This document shows positions 42,931-54,900 of a DNA stretch of 64,000 nucleotides, piece by piece. The notes below the pieces were generated by a model. It had not been told where the DNA came from, searched no databases, and was given only the letters and a program-made list of their open reading frames with translations. A program made the position numbers and the translations under genes. The DNA is from Eledone cirrhosa (Eukaryota). Position 1 is the stretch's first letter, and each line of letters opens with the position of its first letter. The stretch lies in the NCBI GenBank assembly GCA_964016885.1, contig OZ024741.1:54498001-54562000 (forward strand), written 5' to 3'.

Positions 42931-43901
42931 ACTTCCTTATATGGGAAGATTGTAGTTGTCAAGAGGATTGGTCAAAATTTGTAGCAGACACAGAAAAGTC
43001 TATCATGGCAGTGGGTGCGGGGTGGGGAAGGCTGAACTTGCCTATAGAAAAATGAGAGACAGATATATCAGAATGTAAGAGTGGAAAGTGAGAAGTGAAA
43101 TAAAACAAAAACTAAGGTGTCTACCACAGCTGCTATATTTAGTTGGTGCTGCTTTTTCGGCCAATGCTATAGAATGGGTTGCTACATGAGAATTATTGAA
43201 AATTTAGAATTGCGTATTAAAAATTAATACCACATCTCTGGGATCTAATATAGCTGCTATGATTAGTTAGTATAGCGTAATCGGTGAATGCTATCTGTAA
43301 GTTACTGGGATGGAGTACTAAGGCTAAAGAGGCCCGATAGGCTGCCTCAGGGTAGGCGAAAGGGAGGGAAAAAACAAAGGAATGAACGAGGAAGAAGTTC
43401 GGTGGTGGAAGGAAGTGATAGGAGGAGACAAAGAGAAGAAGAAAACATAGAGGAAAGGAAAAAAAGGTACATCTACCTATATTCGGCAAGTGGGGTGTTT
43501 CAGCCCTTGTTACCTACCCGGATCATTAGGGGGTTTGAGGGCGAGGTAAGTCTTACGCAATCTCTGTTTGCATGCAGTTACCAGTTCGTCTTTTTTGTTT
43601 AGGAGTTGATCCTTTGTAAACAGCATTGTAATGTTTCCTCCGAACATAAGTTGCACGGACGGCGTCCGCCCGTGTAAGAGTTAGCTCTGGACAGTAAGCT
43701 CCGAGTAAGATTGTAAGTTATATTATTATCTTAGAGGTCCCAGATGTGGCCCGAGAGTGTAGTGGCATGTGGCCGGACCGGGTTTCGGAAAGTATGTCGG
43801 TGTTGGTAGAGCCGGGTCTTAAAGTCACAAGCGGTTAATCCTATATAAGCTTTGTTGGAGGTGTCCGTCCTCACGTTGCACTGGTAGATCACGTTACGTT
43901 C

Positions 43902-44903
43902 TCAGCATCTGTTGTTGAGGGGGCACGTAGATCCATCAGGGCAGTTACAACTCCTGGTCGACTCTCCACTATTTTCTAGGTTGTTTCTTCCATAGGGGTT
44001 GAGTTTTTTGTTGTTTGAGGAGACGATGTTTTGTGCAAAGTTAGGTGTGGTGCTGTAGGATAGCTTGATAGTGTCTTTGTTGATTATGTTGTGGTAACGG
44101 TGTTGTGGTGGAAAGTGTTTTTCGAGGAGCCTAAAGAAGATTTTCCCGATAGGTGTTGCCACCTCGGCATTGTGGGGAGGATTGAACCACGTTACGTGGC
44201 GTAGGCAGCGGCGTCGCCTGCAGGTTCCGTAAAGGGAAGCTGGATAAAAGGATATTTCCTCCCAGAAGCCACTCCGTTTGAGGGCCTGGTTGTAATGAGG
44301 CGCATGTTCGTCGAATATCTGCTCATTAGCTGACAGACGAGATATGCGGATGGAGATGTTTTTAACCAGATTATTGCTGATGTTTCTAGGATGGTTAGAG
44401 CGGCGCTGGATGCAGTGCAGGTTGTCGTTTGGTTTCCTGTATGGGTAGTACGGACCATTTTCGAGATTGAGGGTAACGTCCAGGAAATTTACTCGGATTA
44501 GGGACGTTTGTAGGGTGATTTTAAATATCCAGTCCCGGAAAAAGTTGATAAGTTGTTTACGGACCCGGTCTGTACTACTGGGGTTGTACCCTTTGAGGGT
44601 AAGGAGCCCATCGTCTCGGTACAATCCACCGCCGAATGCGGGAAACATTTCGTTGAGTTTAAATAGTAGGAATAATCCTATAAGATCGGTGACCTCGGCT
44701 GAATCAGTCGCGTCCATGCTGACGTCGAAGGGGGAGTCGGAACCTCTCTTTATCCATTTGGAGTTGTTGAAAAGTAGGACTGTCTTCCTGGCGTGGACAA
44801 TGATATTTCTTTCCTGGTCGGTGATGGGCGCGAGTGTTTCGGCAAAGTCTAAGGCGGCCGTAAGGAGCAGTAAGGTAATAGATGCATAGTAACTATATGT
44901 CAA
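43902..44903 (-). pseudogene. PLE RT/thumb/Cys-linker ORF fragment (333 aa)
   Basis: YRDD catalytic motif; reading frame continues past a TGA into the GIY-YIG domain. Confidence 0.85.
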
Positions 44904-46726
44904 ACTGGATGAATTGTGTCCCGTTTGTCCTCAATATTCCTGAAACACAAGATTACTTCCTGGGTGCTAACCCATAGGCTATTCTCGCGTTTTGCTTAAC
45001 TTTTGGTATAACTCGGTCTAAGATGTTTTTACTGATTCTCCCTATGTCCGACTTCGTCGGTTTATAAGCCTGATGGATGGTTTGCGGTCGAAGTCGGATT
45101 TGTGGTCCTTCAGTGTGAAGTAGGCAGTCCGTGGGTCGAGGCGTTCAGTGCGGTCTGCGACCCCGAGATTAGAGGTAATTTGTTGTCCCTTTAGATTTAT
45201 GTCCTTAGCAGGCGACGCCGCCGCCCACGCCATGTAACGTGGTTCAATCCTCCCCACAATGCAGAAGTGGCAACACCTATCGGGAAAATTTTCTTTAGGC
45301 TCCTCGAAAAACACTTTCCACCACAACACCGTTACCACAACATAATCAACAAAGACACTATCAAGCTATCCTACAGCACCACACCTAACTTCGCACAAAA
45401 CATCGTCTCCTCAAACAACAAAAAGCTCAACCCCTATGGAAGAAACCTAGAAATTAGTGGAGTGCCGACCAGGAGTTGTAACTGCCCTGATAGATTTACG
45501 TGCTCCCTCAATAACAGATGCCGAGAACGTAATGTGATCTACTAGTGCAACGTGAGGACGGACACCTCCAACAAAGCTTATATAGGATTAACTGCTTGTG
45601 ACTTTAAGACCCGGCTCTACCAACACCGGAATACGTTCCGAAACCCGGTCCGGCGACATGTCACCACACTTTCGAGCCATATCTGGGACCTCCAAGATAA
45701 TAATATAACTTACTATCTCACTTGGAGCTTACTGCCCAGAGCTAACTCTTACACGGGAGGACGCCGTCCATGTAACTTATGCTCGGAGGAAACATTACAA
45801 ATGCTGTTTAGGAAGGATCAACTCCTAAACAAAGAAGATGAACTGGTAACTGCATGCAAACACAGATTTCGGAAGACTTACCTCTCCCTCAAACCCCCTA
45901 ACGATCCGGGTGGGTAGACAAGGGCTGAAACACCCCACTCGCCGAATAAGATAGGGAAAACCACAACTTACATAGGTAGATATACCCCTTTTCTTTTCCT
46001 CTATGTTTTCTTCTTCCCAATGTCTCCTCCTATCACTTCTTTCCACCACCGAACTTCTTCCTCGTTCGTTCCTTTGTTTTTTTCCTCCCTTTCGCCTACC
46101 CCGAGGCAGCCCATCAGGCCTCTTTAGCCTCAGTACCCCCACCCCAGTAACTTACAGATAGCATTCGCCGATTACGTTATACTAACTAATCATAGCAGCT
46201 ATGTTAGATCCCAAAGATGTGGTATTAATTTTTAATACCCAATTCTAAATGTTCAATAATTCTCATCTAGCAACCCATTCTATAGCATTGGCCGAAAATG
46301 CAGCACCAACTAAATATAGCAGCTGTGGTAGACACCTTAGCTTTTGTTTTATTTCACTTCTCACTTTCCACTCTTACATTCTGATATATCTGTCTCTCAT
46401 TTTTTATTGTATTCTTTTTTATTATATTTTTTCTTTGTCCCCTAATTCTCATTTGATTTACCTTTTCTATAACGTCCCTCCTCGATTTTCTAAAGAAACC
46501 TTTTTTCGACTACCTCCCCTGGCCTACTTTCATACACATCCTTAGAATTTGCCGTGTCGATTTCTCCTTCAACGCTTGACCGGACCGACTCTACCCACTT
46601 ACCTATTGTTCTACAGGCAAGTTCAGACACCCCCACCCCGCGCCCACTGCCATGATATACTTTTCTGTGTCTGCTACAAATTTTGACCAATCCTCTTGAC
46701 AACTACAATCTTCCTATATAAGGAAG

Positions 46727-46827
46727 TACTTCTTGAAAATTTCGGCTATTTATTTACCAGACTAAAAAAACTCTAACTTTAGTCCAGAAATAGCCGTCGA
46801 AACGGCTTGAGCTCTGCCGTCGGGGTC
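46727..46827 (+). ncRNA. Type I hammerhead ribozyme with U3-A8 variant core (inverted copy)
   Basis: ACTTC-TTGAAAA (46733)...GAAAC-GGC/GCC-GTC (46819)-GGGGT; stem I kept by G-U pairs. Confidence 0.6.
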
Positions 46828-46833
46828 ATACTT

Positions 46834-46878
<45 letters not shown>

Positions 46879-47237
46879 TGATCGAGTATCGAAAAATCGG
46901 CGCACGAGTTCACGATAAACAAAATTCGAAATGAGCGGCAGAGGGCTCAATAATTCAGATAAATCAGAGCTATAACTATCGTTAAAATACCGTCACATAT
47001 AGAACAAGTCTAAAATCAACCGCACGATAAAAAATCGATAACAGAAGATTCGGGACACTCAGATAAAAAATATCAATAAATTAATAATTTAAATGAATGT
47101 AAAATCATACCCGGACCCACTAGAAAGGTGTTAAATCTAGCTTCTTGGGTTTCTGTAAATCCTTAAACTGTACTCTATCAGCTCACATATAAATATATAA
47201 GATTTCTAGAATTCAGCGGACTGGAAATTTACTTCTT

Positions 47238-47314
<77 letters not shown>

Positions 47315-47467
47315 ATATAAATTTTGAGTATATGTTGGTTGTTTACCGACACCTCAGTATGCAGAATGGAACACTCGACGAAGTACGCAGGTTGGTTTGG
47401 TTACTCCGGAGTAATGTAAAATAATTAAGTCAAATATTTAAAATGTGGCTTCATTTATTAAAGATGT

Positions 47468-47523
47468 ACTGCTATATATATATCGGTGACAGCCATCATT
47501 GGTTGTGACCTCTTCAGGCAGTC
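47468..47523 (-). ncRNA. Minimal type I hammerhead, GAAA mutated to GATA
   Basis: ACTGC-CTGAAGA-GGT..ACC-GATA-TATATA-TA-GCAGT. Confidence 0.6.
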
Positions 47524-48361
47524 CGAATTGGTGTGGTAGAGACAAGTACACATGTTGTTGGAGTGTTTTACTCCGTCAATACTCCGATATGTCCAGCTCC
47601 TGGTTGGGTTGTTATTTCTCTGAGGAACTGGAATCATATGAATTCGAACAAACGAATTTTGGCGTCTAGGACACTCTCTCCTCCCATTGGTCAGTTGTGA
47701 GAACATTCCTCAGTCACAAATCTATAGAAATTTTTCTGAGGCAAGACAATCTGTTGTGGTTGTTTTTGTTAAGTACAGCTGACCTCCTCCCTTGTGTTGG
47801 TAGTGGTATTTGGTTATGGGGTCAGCTGGCAGATCAGCTTTAGGTCGGCTGCTGCTATGTTTAGAAGAATTTGTGTGTGTGGGTTGGCATCTATCCTGCC
47901 ACCATTTCACGTGGTGGGGGGTGCCAAACAGATAAAGAAATAAGATAAAGTAAAATGAAGAAATAAAATAATAAGATATAATAAAATGAAGAAATGAAAA
48001 AATAAAAGAATAAAATAAAAAAAAATGCGTGAGTGTAACAACCAATATCAAAGTTTGAAAGATTTTGAAAATATTGGCTGAAGTAGAAAGGTTGTGTGTC
48101 AGAATGGAGAAGTGCAAAGGATTACAATCCTTACACTATCATGGGGTGGTGCGTTTTAAGAGCAAATGAGACAGGAATGTTCTCACACCTGACCAATGGT
48201 AGAAGAGAGTGTCCTATGACGCCGAAATTCGTTTATTTGAATTCATGTGATTCCAGTTCCTCAGAGAAATAACAACCCAACCAGGAGCTGGACATATCGG
48301 AGTATTGACGGAGTATAATACTCCAACAACATGGGTACCTGTCTCTACCACACCAATTCGG

Positions 48362-48416
48362 ACTACCTGTAGAGGTCACAACCAATGATCGCTGTCACCG
48401 AAATATATATAGCAGT
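48362..48416 (+). ncRNA. Minimal type I hammerhead, CTGAAGA mutated to CTGTAGA
   Basis: ACTAC-CTGTAGA-GGT..ACC-GAAA-TATATA-TA-GCAGT. Confidence 0.55.
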
Positions 48417-48473
48417 ACATCTTTTATAATCGAAGCCAAATTTTAAATATTTAACTTAATTATTTTATATATA

Positions 48474-51400
48474 TAAACCCTTTTTGTTGTTACTCTAGCG
48501 TCCCCCTTTATTTACGTGTCCCAACGACTTTTTTTAGCCGTTGTTCGCACGAACCTGAGGCATATGGCCCTTAAAGCGATGAAATGCCGAGGACGGTTGG
48601 AGGGTCACTGATGAAGGACTCACTTTTTCATATGTATCCCATTTGCAACGCCGCAGCTCCATTATTATCATCATATTTACACATATTACTTTTCCATGCT
48701 GCCTGTCTGTCTGTTCCTTGTATCTTTACCACTTCTAGCAGTCTCTCTCCCTCTCTGTTACCCTCTCCTCAACTTTCACTCACTCATTCTCTGTCACTAC
48801 CTCTCCTCCTCCTCTTTCCTCCTCCTCCTTCAAGTTTGACCTGTGTGTAATTCTTTTCTCGCGCAGTCTTGACCGAGCTGGTATGGAATTTTTTTTTCTC
48901 TCTCTCTTTCGTCTGTGACTTCACAAAACTTGCGTTTACCGATTTCGCAGACCAGACCACCTTATCTTCTTCTTCTTCTTCTTCTTCTTCTTCTTCTTCT
49001 TCTTCTTCTTCTTCTTCTTCTTCTTCTTCTTCCTCTTCTCTCCTTTCTCTGTGTCTCTCTCTCTCTCTTTTTTCCCCCCGTCAAACTTGGGCGAAATTCT
49101 TTCCTTGCTCACATTTCTACCAGGTTCGATGGTCTTTCGTCTCTTGTTCACGATTTCACAGAGTTTATATTCATAGAGATCTGGGACTTGTCTATTTCTA
49201 CTCACTTTCTGTTGCTTAAACCCTTTTTGTTGTTACTCTAGCGTCCCCCTTTATTTACGTGTCCCAACGACTTTTTTTAGCCGTTGTTCGCACCAACCTG
49301 AGGCATATGGCCCTTAAAGCGATGAAATGCCGAGGACGGTTGGAGGGTCACTGATGAAGGACTCACTTTTTCATATGTATCCCATTTGCAACGCCGCAGC
49401 TCCATTATTATCATCATATTTACACATATTACTTTTCCATGCTGCCTGTCTGTCTGTTCCTTGTATCTTTACCACTTCTAGCAGTCTCTCTCCCTCTCTG
49501 TTACCCTCTCCTCAACTTTCACTCACTCATTCTCTGTCACTACCTCTCCTCCTCCTCTTTCCTCCTCCTCCTTCAAGTTTGACCTGTGTGTAATTCTTTT
49601 CTCGCGCAGTCTTGACCGAGCTGGTATGGAATTTTTTTTCTCTCTCTCTTTCGTCTGTGACTTCACAAAACTTGCGTTTACCGATTTCGCAGACCAGACC
49701 ACCTTATCTTCTTCTTCTTCTTCTTCTTCTTCTTCTTCTTCTTCTTCTTCTTCTTCTTCTTCTTCTTCTTCTTCTTCTTCTTCCTCTTCTCTCCTTTCTC
49801 TGTGTCTCTCTCTCTCTCTTTTTTCCCCCCGTCAAACTTGGGCGAAATTCTTTCCTTGCTCACATTTCTACCAGGTTCGATGGTCTTTCGTCTCTTGTTC
49901 ACGATTTCACAGAGTTTATATTCATAGAGATCTGGGAGTTGTCTATTTCTACTCACTTTCTGTTGCTTAAACCCTTTTTGTTGTTACTCTAGCGTCCCCC
50001 TTTATTTACGTGTCCCAACGACTTTTTTTAGCCGTTGTTCGCACCAACCTGAGGCATATGGCCCTTAAAGCGATGAAATGCCGAGGACGGTTGGAGGGTC
50101 ACTGATGAAGGACTCACTTTTTCATATGTATCCCATTTGCAACGCCGCAGCTCCATTATTATCATCATATTTACACATATTACTTTTCCATGCTGCCTGT
50201 CTGTCTGTTCCTTGTATCTTTACCACTTCTAGCAGTCTCTCTCCCTCTCTGTTACCCTCTCCTCAACTTTCACTCACTCATTCTCTGTCACTACCTCTCC
50301 TCCTCTTTCCTTCTCCTCCTTCAAGTTTGACCTGTGTGTAATTCTTTTCTCGCGCAGTCTTGACCGAGCTGGTATGGAATTTTTTTTCTCTCTCTCTTTC
50401 GTCTGTGACTTCACAAAACTTGCGTTTACCGATTTCGCAGACCAGACCACCTTATCTTCTTCTTCTTCTTCTTCTTCTTCTTCTTCTTCTTCTTCTTCTT
50501 CTTCTTCTTTTTCTTCTTCTTCTTCTCTCCTTTCTCTGTGTCTCTCTCTCTCTCTTTTTTCCCCCCGTCAAACTTGGGCGAAATTCTTTCCTTGCTCACA
50601 TTTCTACCAGGTTCGATGGTCTTTCGTCTCTTGTTCACGATTTCACAGAGTTTATATTCATAGAGATCTGGGACTTGTCTATTTCTACTCACTTTCCGTT
50701 GCTTAAACCCTTTTTGTTGTTACTCTAGCGTCCCCCTTTATTTACGTGTCCCGACGACTTTTTTTAGCCGTTGTTCGCACCAACCTGAGGCATATGGCCC
50801 TTAAAGCGATGAAATGCCGAGGACAGTTGGAGGGTCACTGATGAAGGACTCGCTTTTTCATATGTATCCCATTTGCAACGCCGCAGCTCCATTATTATCA
50901 TCATATTTACACATATTACTTTTCCATGCTGCCTGTCTGTCTGTTCCTTGTATCTTTACCACTTCTAGCAGTCTCTCTCCCTCTCTGTTACCCTCTCCTC
51001 AACTTTCACTCACTCATTCTCTGTCACTACCTCTCCTCCTCCTCTTTCCTCCTCCTCCTTCAAGTTTGACCTGTGTGTAATTCTTTTCTCGCGCAGCCTT
51101 GACCGAGCTGGTATGGAATTATTTTTCTCTCTCTCTTTCGTCTGTGACTTCACAAAACTTGCGTTTACCGATTTCGCAGACCAGACCACCTTATCTTCTT
51201 CTTCTTCTTCTTCTTCTTCTTCTTCTTCTTCTTCTTCTTCTTCTTCTTCTTCTCTCCTTTCTATGTGTCTCTCTCTCTCTCTTTTTTCCCCCCGTCAAAC
51301 TTGGGCGAAATTCTTTCCTTGCTCACATTTCTACCAGGTTCGATGGTCTTTCGTCTCTTGTTCACGATTTCACAGAGTTTATATTCATAGAGATCTGGGA

Positions 51401-51958
51401 CTTGTCTATTTCTACTCACTTTCCGTTGCTTAAACCCTTTTTGTTGTTACTCTAGCGTCCCCCTTTATTTACGTGTCCCAACGACTTTTTTTAGCCGTTG
51501 TTCGCACCAACCTGAGGCATATGGCCCTTAAAGCGATGAAATGCCGAGGACGGTTGGAGGGTCACTGATGAAGGACTCACTTTTTCATATGTATCCCATT
51601 TGCAACGCCGCAGCTCCATTATTATCATCATATTTACACAAATTACTTTTCCATGCTGCCTGTCTGTCTGTTCCTTGTATCTTTACCACTTCTAGCAGTC
51701 TCTCTCCCTCTCTGTTACCCTCTCCTCAACTTTCACTCACTCATTCTCTGTCACTACACTCCTCCTCCTCTTTCCTCCTCCTCCTTCAAGTTTGACCTGT
51801 GTGTAATTCTTTTCTCGCGCAGTCTTGACCGAGCTGGTATGGAATTTTTTTTCTCTCTCTCTTTCGTCTGTGACTTCACAAAACTTGCGTTTACCGATTT
51901 CGCAGACCAGACCACCTTATCTTCTTCTTCTTCTTCTTCTTCTTCTTCTTCTTCTTCT

Positions 51959-51997
<39 letters not shown>

Positions 51998-54900
51998 TCT
52001 CTCCTTTCTCTGTGTCTCTCTCTCTCTCTTTTTTCCCCCCCGTCAAACTTGGGCGAAATTCTTTCCTTGCTCACATTTCTACCAGGTTCGATGGTCTTTC
52101 GTCTCTTGTTCACGATTTCACAGAGTTTATATTCATAGAGATCTGGGACTTGTCTATTTCTACTCACTTTCCGTTGCTTAAACCCTTTTTGTTGTTACTC
52201 TAGCGTCCCCCTTTATTTGCGTGTCCCAACGACTTTTTTTAGCCGTTGTTCGCACCAACCTGAGGCATATGGCCCTTAAAGCGATGAAATGCCGAGGACG
52301 GTTGGAGGGTCACTGATGAAGGACTCACTTTTTCATATGTATCCCATTTGCAACGCCGCAGCTCCATTATTATCATCATATTTACACATATTATTTTTCC
52401 ATGCTGCCTGTCTATCTGTTCCTTGTATCTTTACCACTTCTAGCAGTCTCTCTCCCTCTCTGTTACCCTCTCCTCAACTTTCACTCACTCATTCTCTGTC
52501 ACTACCTCTCCTCCTCCTCTTTCCTCCTCCTCCTTCAAGTTTGACCTGCGTGTAATTCTTTTCTCGCGCAGTCTTGACCGAGCTGGTATGGAATTTTTTT
52601 TCTCTCTCTCTTTCGTCTGTGACTTCACAAATCTTGCGTTTACCGATTTCGCAGACCAGACCACCTTATCTTCTTCTTCTTCTTCTTCTTCTTCTTCTTC
52701 TTCTTCTTCTTCTTCTTCTTTTTCTTCTTCTTCTTCTCTCCTTTCTCTGTGTCTCTCTCTCTCTCTTTTTTCCCCCCGTCAAACTTGGGCGAAATTCTTT
52801 CCTTGCTCACATTTCTACCAGGTTCGATGGTCTTTCGTCTCTTGTTCACGATTTCACAGAGTTTATATTCATAGAGATCTGGGACTTGTCTATTTCTACT
52901 CACTTTCCGTTGCTTAAACCCTTTTTGTTGTTACTCTAGCGTCCCCCTTTATTTACGTGTCCCAACGACTTTTTTTAGCCGTTGTTCGCACCAACCTGAG
53001 GCATATGGCCCTTAAAGCGATGAAATGCCGAGGACGGTTGGAGGGTCACTGATGAAGGACTCACTTTTTCATATGTATCCCATTTGCAACGCCGCAGCTC
53101 CATTATAATCATCATATTTACACATATTACTTTTCCATGCTGCCTGTCTGTCTGTTCCTTGTATCTTTACCACTTCTAGCAGTCTCTCTCCCTCTCTGTT
53201 ACCCTCTCCTCAACTTTCACTCACTCATTCTCTGTCACTGCCTCTCCTCCTCCTCTTTCCTTCTCCTCCTTCAAGTTTGACCTGCGTGTAATTCTTTTCT
53301 CGCGCAGTCTTGACCGAGCTGGTATGGAATTTTTTTTCTCTCTCTCTTTCGTCTGTGACTTCACAAAACTTGCGTTTACCGATTTCGCAGACCAGACCAC
53401 CTTATCTTCTTCTTCTTCTTCTTCTTCTTCTTCTTCTTCTTCTTCTTCTTCTTCTTCTTCTTCTTCTTCTCTCCTTTCTCTGTGTCTCTCTCTCTCTCTT
53501 TTTTCCCCCCGTCAAACTTGGGCGAAATTCTTTCCTTGCTCACATTTCTACCAGGTTCGATGGTCTTTCGTCTCTTGTTCACGATTTCACAGAGTTTATA
53601 TTCATAGAGATCTGGGACTTGTCTATTTCTACTCACTTTCCGTTGCTTAAACCCTTTTTGTTGTTACTCTAGCGTCCCCCTTTATTTACGTGTCCCGACG
53701 ACTTTTTTTAGCCGTTGTTCGCACCAACCTGAGGCATATGGCCCTTAAAGCGATGAAATGCCGAGGACGGTTGGAGGGTCACTGATGAAGGACTCGCTTT
53801 TTCATATGTATCCCATTTGCAACGCCGCAGCTCCATTATTATCATCATATTTACACATATTACTTTTCCATGCTGCCTGTCTGTCTGTTCCTTGTATCTT
53901 TACCACTTCTAGCAGTCTCTCTCCCTCTCTGTTACCCTCTCCTCAACTTTCACTCACTCATTCTCTGTCACTACCTCTCCTCCTCCTCTTTCCTCCTCCT
54001 CCTTCAAGTTTGACCTGTGTGTAATTCTTTTCTCGCGCAGTCTTGACCGAGCTGGTATGGAATTTTTTTTTCTCTCTCTCTTTCGTCTGTGACTTCACAA
54101 AACTTGCGTTTACCGATTTCGCAGACCAGACCACCTTATCTTCTTCTTCTTCTTCTTCTTCTTCTTCTTCTTCTTCTTCTTCTTCTTCTTCTTCTTCTTC
54201 TTCCTCTTCTCTCCTTTCTCTGTGTCTCTCTCTCTCTCTTTTTTCCCCCCGTCAAACTTGGGCGAAATTCTTTCCTTGCTCACATTTCTACCAGGTTCGA
54301 TGGTCTTTCGTCTCTTGTTCACGATTTCACAGAGTTTATATTCATAGAGATCTGGGACTTGTCTATTTCTACTCACTTTCCGTTGCTTAAACCCTTTTTG
54401 TTGTTACTCTAGCGTCCCCCTTTATTTGCGTGTCCCAACGACTTTTTTTAGCCGTTGTTCGCACCAACCTGAGGCATATGGCCCTTAAAGCGATGAAATG
54501 CCGAGGACGGTTGGAGGGTCACTGATGAAGGACTCACTTTTTCATATGTATCCCATTTGCAACGCCGCAGTTCCATTATTATCATCATATTTACACATAT
54601 TACTTTTCCATGCTGCCTGTCTATCTGTTCCTTGTATCTTTACCACTTCTAGCAGTCTCTCTCCCTCTCTGTTACCCTCTCCTCAACTTTCACTCACTCA
54701 TTCTCTGTCACTACCTCTCCTCCTCCTCTTTCCTCCTCCTCCTTCAAGTTTGACCTGTGTGTAATTCTTTTCTCGCGCAGTCTTGACCGAGCTGGTATGG
54801 AATTTTTTTTCTCTCTCTCTTTCGTCTGTGACTTCACAAAACTTGCGTTTACCGATTTCGCAGACCAGACCACCTTATCTTCTTCTTCTTCTTCTTCTTC

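Larger units (their letters stand above)
42737..46837. mobile_element. Penelope-like element of a second clade (Naiad-like): minus copy 42737-45206 joined to inverted plus copy 45208-46837
   Basis: AYFTLKDHK, FDVSM..DSAEVTDLIGL, GGLYRDDGL, NFLDVTL, WFNPP, KHFPPQHRYHNIINKDTIKLSYS, CNC..CPL..C, NVIYQC..YIGLT..FKTRLYQH; (TA)n on both flanks. Clade assignment is from motif recall. Confidence 0.88.
47412..48467. mobile_element. PLE terminal-repeat foldback (arms ~47412-47710 / ~48173-48467)
   Basis: Arms are diverged reverse complements, each with a minimal hammerhead; (TA)n on both sides. Confidence 0.75.

Noticed and set aside
43902-43904. In-frame TGA in the Naiad-like ORF as selenocysteine
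   Set aside because: The sister copy has CGA (Arg) at this position (~45522), so it is CpG decay, not a Cys-position UGA.
49293-49343. SECIS element (UGA/GA quartet with apical AAA)
   Set aside because: Upper helix is only ~5 bp, the bulge is on the 3' strand, and there is no upstream selenoprotein ORF.
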